A DNA stretch of 32,000 nucleotides, from contig BAAFSQ010000081.1 in NCBI GenBank assembly GCA_054661495.1, forward strand, positions 6,651 to 38,650, in the 5' to 3' direction. Positions 23,467 to 32,000 of the stretch are shown in pieces (position 1 is the stretch's first letter; every line of letters starts with the position of its first letter). The notes below the pieces were generated by a model, which worked only from the letters and a program-made list of their open reading frames with translations, was not told the origin of the DNA and did no database searches. Source of the DNA: Zygophlyctis sp. KS116. Taxonomy: Eukaryota > Fungi > Chytridiomycota. The position numbers and the translations under genes were made by a program.

Positions 23467-23509
23467 AATAAAAACATACCTATTATAATTTAAAGAGAAA
23501 CAATATGTG

Positions 23510-23585
23510 AGAGCATCAGTTGGTGGTGCATGTTATTTATCATCATCATATGTATGTAATAATGGATATCATCATCATTTGCTCT
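23510..23585 (-). ncRNA. Box C/D snoRNA snR55 (U33/SNORD33)-like
   Basis: Stem AGAGCA/UGCUCU, box C AUGAUGA (23578-23572), C' AUGAUGA. 12-nt guide CAUGCACCACCA one nt before box D CUGA (23519-23516), complementary to SSU UGGUGGUGCAUG; D+5 gives the U equivalent to yeast Um1269. Confidence 0.9.
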
Positions 23586-23695
23586 AAACTTTTTGTAAAA
23601 AAAAAGAATAAAAGGCCTTGTCCTGGTACTTGAATACTTGTCTGGACTGCCGCACGATTTAACATGGCGACAATTATGGCGTCCGATTATCTAAA

Positions 23696-25033
23696 ATGGC
23701 TTTTACACTAATCAGTCTCTCATGGTTTGCAACAATCATTATGGCTGCTGGATTTGATATCAATGATGTATCTTCAATAAATATCGCTCATAAGGCTACT
23801 GCTGCAAAGTTGATGTCATATTATCAGCCAAACGATAAGGGAACTATCCCTCCAGTTGAATCTGAAGATGAAAATGGATTTCAATGGTTTGAAATGGGTA
23901 TTTATTGGGGTGCAATCATGGAATATACTAATACTTCATCTGATAAGCAATACTTTAATCTGGCGGGTGCCGCCTTGAGCAATGCATCATTTGGTGGAAA
24001 TCTTTCTTTTATTGGAGGGAAAGTGAATGGAAAATGGTCAGATAATATGCACTGGAATGATGATATTCTATGGTGGGGATTTGGAGGTATTTAAATCATT
24101 TCTAAAAGATTAGTTATTCAAGGGGCTGAAATTGAAGGAGTTGAAAGCAAAATGCAGAATGGCTTAAAGTATCTTGATTTAGCTAAAAATACTTTTGATC
24201 AAGTATTTAGTCAATGGGATGATCAATGTGGAGGAGGTGTTTACTGGGCGAGAAATCGAAATGATGAAAAACAAAATCGAAGATTGTACAAATCAACAAT
24301 TTCAAATGTTCAGACTATAATCTTGGGAGTCCGCTTATATCTATTAACATCAGATTCACAATATCTTGATGCAGCTACCAGAATATATACTTGGCTTAAA
24401 GGACCATCAGGGATAGTAACCCCAGATGGTAAAGTATATGATGGAGTATATGCTCGCTTCTGTGATAAAGTTGAAAAAAAGGAGTTTAGTTACAATTCAG
24501 GATTATTCTTGGGAAGTGCTGCATTACTTTTTAATGCTACAAAGAATCCAGACTTTATTAAAGATGCATCTGTAGTATTCTCCAATTTCCAAAATGTATT
24601 TACAATGAACAATACGGTATTCGATCCCTGTGAAGTCTCAGGAACATGTAAAAAGAATCAACCACAATTCAAAGGAGTAGCAATCAGATTTTTACGATAC
24701 TATTATCAAATATCTGCTGATATTGAAATCCGTAAAAATATTTCTAAAATAATTCAAACTTCGGCAGCATCTCTTTCATCGACTTGCAATGAGGAGGGAC
24801 TCTGCAGTAACTTTTGGCTTCCACAAACATCTGATCGTCCACGAAATGTTCACAATCAAATAAATGCATTGGAGTTGTTGAATGCATTGGTAGTGATCAA
24901 AAGAGGCTATTTGTATGAATTCATGAACTTTCTCAAGAAATATTCAACGACTACTGAAAGAAGCGCCAGTAGCGCTAGTAGCATGTATCTACAGGCCATA
25001 TCTTGGGCTTGGGTGTTGCTATTGCTGGTTTAG
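23696..25033 (+). CDS. Glycoside hydrolase family 76 (Dfg5/Dcw1-like alpha-1,6-mannanase/transglycosidase), secreted, probable GPI signal
   Basis: Signal peptide; catalytic WNDDILWWG; intron 24087-24113; WDDQCGGGVYW, YKSTISN, FSYNSGLFL, FKG; Ser/Thr spacer and hydrophobic C-terminus. Confidence 0.9.
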
Positions 25034-25120
25034 GAATAAACATGGATTTTTTTTACTAGATTGAATTATAACCCAATATTATTAGGAAATCCAAACCTGA
25101 TAATAAGTCGCGTAAAAAAA

Positions 25121-25410
25121 ATGACGGCAGATGATGATAACATTGAGCCTCCCAGTATGTCAATTTTCACTTAAATATAGAGGTTTTAATATCATCGGAA
25201 GAACTTGCAAAGACACAGATTCCTCTTGCCTTTCGTGACTACTGCGCTCACTTGCTTCCAGAGTTGAATGCTTGTAGATCGAAATCTTTATATGCTCCAT
25301 GGGCTTGTGAGAATGAAAGACTGGCATGGCATAAGTGTCAGTATGATGAATATCAGAGACGGATGAGAGTCTTGGACAAGAGACAAAAGGAAAAAGAAGC
25401 TCAATCATAA
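25121..25410 (+). CDS. NDUFB7: NADH:ubiquinone oxidoreductase subunit B18/NDUFB7 (absent from the ORF track)
   Basis: ATG 25121; intron 25155-25180; then IPLAFRDYCAHLLPELNACRSKSLYAPWACENERLAWHKCQYDEYQRR, with twin CX9C. Confidence 0.93.
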
Positions 25411-27761
25411 TCTTGATACTGATTTAGTAATCGAATCCAAAAATGAATCCACTGGAAGACTAGGAATCTCATTTACTGAAGGCATTCCATTCACTAATGA
25501 TTTATAAATATATAAAATACCTAGAGCTTCCTTCAACTCTTCAATTTTAACAGTAGTAGGTTGTGTGAGTGATTTATTGGATGATCTAAGAGATGCACCA
25601 ATCTTTTTCCAATCGGTATATCCGGGAGATGTATGGCTGATTAAAAGTTTTTTATCTTGTAATTGAGTTAAAAAAAGTTACAATGAGGATCTTCCACAGT
25701 ATTTGGAGAGAAAAATGAAAGTCTAGAGTCAGACTTTAAGAATCTCAGAATAACAGATTTGTCTAAAATGCAAGTCTTGGTCTCCTTGAAGCGATCATCA
25801 CTGATAATTTAATTGGAAAAAATACCTAAATTCGAGTGTCATGCATTTTTCAATCGCAGATCCGCCATTTTCAATTCCATATACCCATAAATTGGAAGCT
25901 ATTCGTTCCTTTTTAATTTCCATAACACTATTATTCATTTCTGATAGCCCCAAAGAGCTCGAGGCATCACACAAGACATTGAGAATGACATTTCCAATAG
26001 AGCTTGCATGAGGGATTGAACCTTCAATAGTTTTATCTTGTAAAACAAGCAAAAACGCTGCAACTCTTCCGAATTCCACAAGTCCAAATACTTGACAAAT
26101 TGAAGCTAGAATAGTTCCACAGATACAAAAGTCTACTGGTTTTACAAACGGTTGGGAAAGACAATCAAGCATTTTTTCTCGTAATTCAACACAAAAGCTA
26201 CTATCAGATTCTGTTGGGTAAGAGCTAAATATAAAATTGTTCAATATCTTACTGTGCGTGGCCAATGTCTAGTTTTAAAGCTTTCTCTATAATTGTGTAT
26301 ACTAACACTCTAATATCTAAAATTATTAATCAACGCAAAATACCTTGGTTTTGATTGTTGTAAAAATTTACACATGGCTTTAAAACTTCATAAGAGATTG
26401 GAGAATGAACAATAATAGTACTTTCCCTCCTACTTAAAGTCCTTTTCTTAAAAAACGGAGAATTTCTAGTATTCAAGAGCGCATTAATGCATTCTAAAAT
26501 AGGAATAGTTGAAGTACACTGATCGAGCTGTTTTGCCAAAAAATTAATCAAGTCATTAAGTTGATTTGGATATGATAATGAAAGAGCAAGATTTCCTATC
26601 TAATAAATAAAATTTACAAGTACCAGTTGAAGAAATTAACAAATGTTGATAATCTTTTTGTAATTTGGCATCTGTTGTATCTAAATTGGATTGTAATTGA
26701 GTCACAAAAACCTCTAATAACTCTAAATTTGCCAATGTTATAACTGCCCCTCCTTGAATTATCAGCTGAGCTATACAAGACACTATTGTAAACTTTGCAT
26801 TAGCTGAAAATTTCTTTTCTGTATCTTGGATTTTCTCTAAAAGACTTGATAACAGAATATATAAGTTTTGTGATTGAGAGCAAGAATTTTGAATTATTTC
26901 AACTACTCTTACTACTAACCAAGTAGACTCCCAGAGTTTATTTTCGTCCAAAAATCTATAGTTATTTAATTGAAAAACGTACAAGAAAATTGTGTTTAAA
27001 AGAGATTTAAAGTAAATTGACTGTACCATACATAAATCCGCTAAACAATCTGCCGATATTGACTCTAATTCACTAGTAATAGTCTCTAATTCATTTTTAC
27101 TATTTGAAATTTTGAATAAATTCATTATAACTGCATGTATCATATAAGTCCCATAAGATTCTAACGCTGTTTTCTTAAAGATTGCATCTGTTGCAGAAAT
27201 CACTCTTAGAGTTTTTAAAGCTGATAATCTATCAGTCATTGAAGTATTTTGATCTTTAATGATTTCTGTATATTTTATAATAATTTTTGAATAAATTTCC
27301 ACTGCATTTCCTCCTAAAGAGTCTCCCTTTGGAAAAAATTCATGAAACAACAAAAACTAGAAAATTAGATTTAAAATACTTACCGTCTGTGTTGCTCTTT
27401 CATGCATCTTGATCATACTACTAGATAATATTTTAAAAACAATTTTGAGAACAGATTTTGAGAATAAATTCAAATTTTGAGCGCAATCCTTGATTAGAGC
27501 ATCTAAAATATGTAGCAAAATGCTTATTCTCCTATAATTTAATTCATAAAATTACGCTATTCTATTTCTATAAAGATCATTTAGGCCCTTGTTTTCCAGG
27601 ACTAATCCAATCTTTGGAAGTTTTTGAGGTTTAGAATTAGCATAAAAAATCAGTAGGGAGAGGGATGAATTGTTTATTATCTCTGATGATTTATTTGATG
27701 GATAGATATTGTGGATCAGGATGAAATGGTTATAGCAAAATGCCCAGCAACTTTCGCCCAT
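25405..27761 (-). CDS. EFR3: EFR3-like scaffold of the plasma-membrane PI4K complex; about 10 exons
   Basis: Cys-bearing N-terminus, LIHNIYP...SSLSLLIFYANSKPQKLPKIGLVLE, ILDALIKDCAQNLNLF, and C-terminal TVKIEELKEAL. Nine introns of about 24-28 nt restore the frame. Confidence 0.82.
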
Positions 27762-27915
27762 GAAAGATTTTGACAGAGTTTTCGCGTTTTTGTATGCGAC
27801 CCGATGCGAGACTGGTGCGAGACCAATGGGAATAGGCTATGGTCGCTCCCATGGTCCAATGGTCCACCACGCAAACTTTGACACACTGACACACCAAGAA
27901 TTTGCAATCAATATA

Positions 27916-29075
27916 ATGGACAAGAAATCACTTTTATTAGGAACTTGCATCGGGGTCTCTATTTCACTACTCTATCGGATTATAAGAAAGAAACTTTTAA
28001 AAAAACCCATTCCTCTGATGCAACAAGTTACTATCGGAAACACTCCAATCTTTACTTGTCAGTCCTTTCCAAACATTATTTTAAAAGCAGAGTATGCAAA
28101 TCTAGGAGGATCTCCTAAAGATCGGATTGCATATGGTATAATAAAGAGAGCATTTGATTCAGGGGATCTGAAAGAAGGAGATACTATTTTTGAAGGGACA
28201 GTGGGTTCAACTGGAATATCATTAGCATTAATGGCTAGAATATTTCATCTCAATTGTTATATTGTAATGCCAGATGATCAAGCACAAGAGAAATACAAGG
28301 TATGCTATTTTACAAAGTAATATACAGATTTTAGAGATTCTTGGTGCAAAAGTTGAAAAGGTTAAGCCTGCTTCTATTATTGATCCTAATCATTTTGTAA
28401 ATGTTGCAAGACAAAGATGTCAAGAATTAAATAGTGGGGAATCAAAGAATAGAGGATACTATATAAATCAATTTGAAAATACTCTAAATTCAGAAATACA
28501 TTTTAGTACAACAGGTCCAGAGATTTATAATCAAACTAGTGGGGAAATAGATGCTATTGTTCTTGGTTGTGGAACTGGTGGTACAATGGCTGGAGTTGCA
28601 AAATATTTAAAGAGTAAAATTCCTCATTTATTAGTGGTTCTAGCTGATCCTCAAGGATCTGGTCTATATTCAAAAGTTAAATTTAATACTCTTTGGTCTC
28701 ATACAGATGCAGAAGGGACTCGTAAAAGACATCAGGTAGATACAGTAGTGGAGGGAGTTGGACTAAATAGGTAACAATTTGAATTTTTGATTTTTTTATA
28801 GGCTTACTTCTAATTTTTCAATGGCATTATCATTTATCGATGATTCAATATCAATTACTGATCAAGAAGCAGTAAACATATCTAGAATGGTATTAGAAAA
28901 AGAAGGCTTATTTATTGGAAGTTCTTCAGCTGTTAATTTAGCTGCATCTTTAAAGTTGCAAGAAAAATTACCCAAAGGATCAAGAATTTTAACGCTTTTG
29001 CCTGATCATGGGTCTAGACATGTTACAAAATTTTGGAATGATTTGTACTTGAAAGAGCAAAATATACAAGTTTAG
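27916..29075 (+). CDS. Cysteine synthase-like PLP enzyme (yeast MCY1 / S. pombe cys12 type) with N-terminal membrane anchor
   Basis: KAEYANLGGSPKDR (PLP Lys), EGTVGSTG, NQFEN, GCGTGGT, RKRHQVDTVVEGVG, EGLFIGSSS. Introns 28300-28327 and 28771-28801. Confidence 0.9.
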
Positions 29076-29087
29076 GTTAATTTTTTA

Positions 29088-30465
29088 ATGTCTGAAGCTC
29101 TGTTTGGTAATATAGATGGGGATGTAATGCCTATGGAAGTTGAGTCATTGTGTGTTGCCTGTGAGGAAAATGGAACCACCCGATTGTTGCTAACAAAGAT
29201 TCCACATTTCAAGGAAGTGATCATTATGGCATTTGAATGCCCACACTGTGGCGCTAAAAACAATGAAATCCAATCTGCATCAGCGATCGCACCTCAAGGA
29301 CAGACTCAAACATTGACGGTCAAAGATGTTAGAGATCTCAGTAGACAAGTTGTCAAGGCTGAGTCTGCAAGCATTTTTTTCAAGGAAATAGAATTCGAAA
29401 TTCCGGCATCAAGTCAGAGAGGCAGTTTATCAACTATAGAAGGAATTCTAGGTCGATCTATTGAAGGTTTATCACAAGATCAAGATGATAGGCGAGTAAT
29501 ATTTTAAATAATTAAATCAAGGTGAATGCTCCAGAGATTTATGAAAAAGTGGCATCTATTATATCAAAATTAGAAGAATATAAAAATGGGACATGTTTTC
29601 CATTTACAATGGTTCTAGACGATCCTGCAGGGAATTCTTATATTGAAAATCTTTTAGCTCCAAAAGAAGATCCGCAGATTCAAACATCTCATTATCAAAG
29701 GACAAAGGAACATAATGAATTTCTAGCGCTTGCTGAAGGTACCAATCCGGAACCTAGTAAAGATGAAGAAACTGGAATAACTGCAGATGACCTTGCTTTT
29801 AAAGAAGAAGTTCATGAATTTCCAGGAAATTGTTCTAGATGTAATGCACCTTGTACCACAAAAATGCACATTATGGGTAATATCAAACAGTTTAAAAGTA
29901 TTAGATATTCCATATTTTAAAGATGTCATCATTATGGCCACTAGTTGTGATTCTTGTGGATATAAAAGTAATGAAGTAAAGTCTGGAGGATCTATTTCTG
30001 ATAAGGGAAGAAAAATTAAAATATCTCTCACTGATGCTGAAGATTTTTCAAGAGATATTCTAAAATCTGAAACTTGTGGTCTTTCTATCCCCGAAATCGA
30101 TTTGGAATTAACACCTGGAACATTAGGTGGACGTTTTACTACCGTTGAAGGACTCCTTCGTCAAGTTCAAGATGAGTTGGCCGCACGCGCACCATTTGTT
30201 AGAGGAGATTCCGCAACGGATGATTCAAAGTCTAAAATGGATTCATTTCTAGATAAATTAGAAAAAGTCTTAAATTTGGAAATTTTACCAATTACACTCA
30301 TATTGGATGATCCACTTGCTAATTCTGTAATTATTTAAATGTTAATTTTAGCACCTACAAAACTTGTACGCTCCAGATCCAGATCCAAATATGGAAATTA
30401 CAGAGTATGAGCGATCATGGCAGCAAAATGAGGATTACGGATTAAATGATTTAAAATGCGATTAG
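29088..30465 (+). CDS. ZPR1: Zinc finger protein ZPR1
   Basis: ESLCVACEENGTTRLLLTKIPHFKEVIIMAFECPHCG and second finger CSRC...IPYFKDVIIMATSCDSCG; LDDP motifs. Introns 29496-29521, 29877-29904, 30327-30351. Confidence 0.96.
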
Positions 30466-30549
30466 ACTCATAAATTCGGCGTCCGTCTAAAGTCACGAGA
30501 TTGTCCAGGTCATTCATTATCCACTTGACTTTTAACTCTATTTTAAAAA

Positions 30550-31234
30550 ATGAATAGTCCGAAAACTCTCCAAGAGCTCATCTCAAAGATAAGCAATGAA
30601 TTAGGAACTGACAAAGGTCTGACCCATGTAGACGTTGATGTTTCTAAAATTCGTCAGTGGATGTCCAGCTATCAATCCAATTCTGAAGATTGGAAGCAAT
30701 ATGCTCTATGGTAAGCAAACCGTTCTTAATAAGTAGGGATAAATCAAGACACTACACTAGAAATCTTGTAGATGGAGGCAACGGACATTACAATCTGATG
30801 ATATTATGCTGGAATCAAGGAAAAGCAAGGTATGTCTTTAAGCGCTTAACTAAAGTCCAATTCATGATCATTCAGGCTCTCATTGCTTAATGAAGGTTAT
30901 TGAAGGAGAGCTAACAGAGACAAGATTTACTTGGCCAAATGGTGGGACTGATTTACAGACGGGATCGGACTCTGAAAAAGAACTGGATCAAAATGTTCCA
31001 AATAAAAAATCCATGAAAGTATCTGCAGAGGCTACACTTCAATGCAATGAAGTCACTTATATATCAGATGATCTAGGATTGCATCGTGTTGGGAATAAAA
31101 CAAATCAGCCTGCAGTATCACTTCATCTATACACTCCTCCGTACAGCAAATGTAAACTGTTTGATGAAAGTACTGGACACTGCCATCCATCTGCAAACTG
31201 TTTATTCTTTTCGCAGAACGGCCAAAAACTCTGA
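30550..31234 (+). CDS. CDO1: Cysteine dioxygenase type 1, copy A
   Basis: [18 protein letters not shown] (two His plus cross-link Cys), [13 protein letters not shown]. Introns 30711-30736 and 30830-30855. Confidence 0.94.
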
Positions 31235-31753
31235 TTGGCGCCTACTCCTGGACGTAAAATGTTTAATAAACTCAGTAGAGCATCTCTAAATCTCTTTAAA
31301 TTCAATACATCCGTCCGCCTTCTCTCTAATTCCAGCAAGATGTAATCTGAATCGGCTTTTTAAGCTATACTGGAGCTAATCCCACAGGTGCATGAACATA
31401 CCTCCAATGATTATTTCCGTTGGACTGTTTGATCATTTGTTGTAACGATTCGATCGGGATGGACTGATCCGTACGATTCTTGAAGGAAAGTTGCTGAATC
31501 AATGGTAGATCAAAATATTTTCATCAGCAGAATCTATTTTCCTTTTCGACGCTCAAACTCGGACAATATCCCCTATAAATTTCACTTTTAAGATTTGCTG
31601 ATGTGCGCTCTAAATGGAGAGTGTTTTTGGTCTTTCATTGATGATAAGTTTTGTATTAAAAATCTAATCATGTACATACAAGACAGATCCAGAAGGGGAA
31701 GATAGCCCTTGTAACTCTTAATTCGCCCTGCACACTTTTTTTTTAAAAAAAAA

Positions 31754-32000
31754 ATGGAAAGTCCTAAAAATCTTCAGGAGCTTATCACACTGATCCGTAA
31801 TGAATTAGGAGCTGGAAAAGGAATAACTGACGCGGATGCTGATATCTCGAAAATTATTTCGTGGATGTCCAGCTATCAATCCAATTCTGAAGATTGGAAG
31901 CAATATGCACTATGGTAAGCAATCCGTTCTTAATAAGTAGGGATAAATCAAGACACTACACTAGAAATCTTGTAGATGGAGGCAACGGACATTACAATCT
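31754..32000 (+). CDS. CDO1: Cysteine dioxygenase type 1, copy B (5' part; truncated by window end)
   Basis: MESPKNLQELI...[18 protein letters not shown], intron 31915-31940, then [19 protein letters not shown]. Confidence 0.9.

Larger units (their letters stand above)
23222..23640 (-). ncRNA. Inferred non-coding snoRNA host transcript with three snoRNA-bearing introns
   Basis: Donors GTACCA 23629 (or GTATTC 23637), GTATGT 23479 and GTACCA 23339. TAG acceptors end at 23480, 23352 and 23225. Branch sites CACTAAC 23365-23359 and TACTAAC 23239-23233. No ORF. Confidence 0.65.

Noticed and set aside
25160-25408. 82-aa minus-strand ORF whose ATG overlaps the EFR3 TGA (ATGA, resembling translational coupling)
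   Set aside because: It is the antisense shadow of the clearly conserved NDUFB7 exon on the plus strand.
27760-27915. 52-aa N-terminal extension of the cysteine synthase in the ORF track (likewise 15925-16206, 8838-8936 and 21021-21089)
   Set aside because: These are promoter-like intergenic stretches, or overlap the opposite gene's start; family similarity begins at the downstream ATG.

Overview
Eukaryotic, AT-rich and extremely compact DNA in the standard genetic code. It is most likely from a flagellated zoosporic (chytrid-like) fungus, inferred from axonemal CFAP65 alongside fungal-type GH76/Dfg5, MCY1-like cysteine synthase and EFR3. About 23 protein genes or relics are packed with gaps as small as 0-12 nt, and some convergent CDSs overlap. 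Manual splicing gave about 65 introns in protein genes, nearly all 22-32 nt with GTA donors; one appears to end in TG. The best hidden feature is the apparently empty 23.2-23.65 kb spacer. On the minus strand it holds three box C/D snoRNAs (snR55-, snR61- and U18-like, with recognisable rRNA guides). Each sits in its own long intron (115-150 nt) of a non-coding host, and two introns appear to meet at a zero-nucleotide exon (TAG|GTATGT). Other points: a six-TM class I phosphodiesterase, a secreted Phi-1/EXORDIUM-like protein, a CDO tandem duplication with a gene-conversion signature, a candidate structured RNA near 21.5 kb, and an NDUFB7 gene missed by the ORF track. All gene models and family calls were made by eye and need RNA-seq and HMM confirmation.
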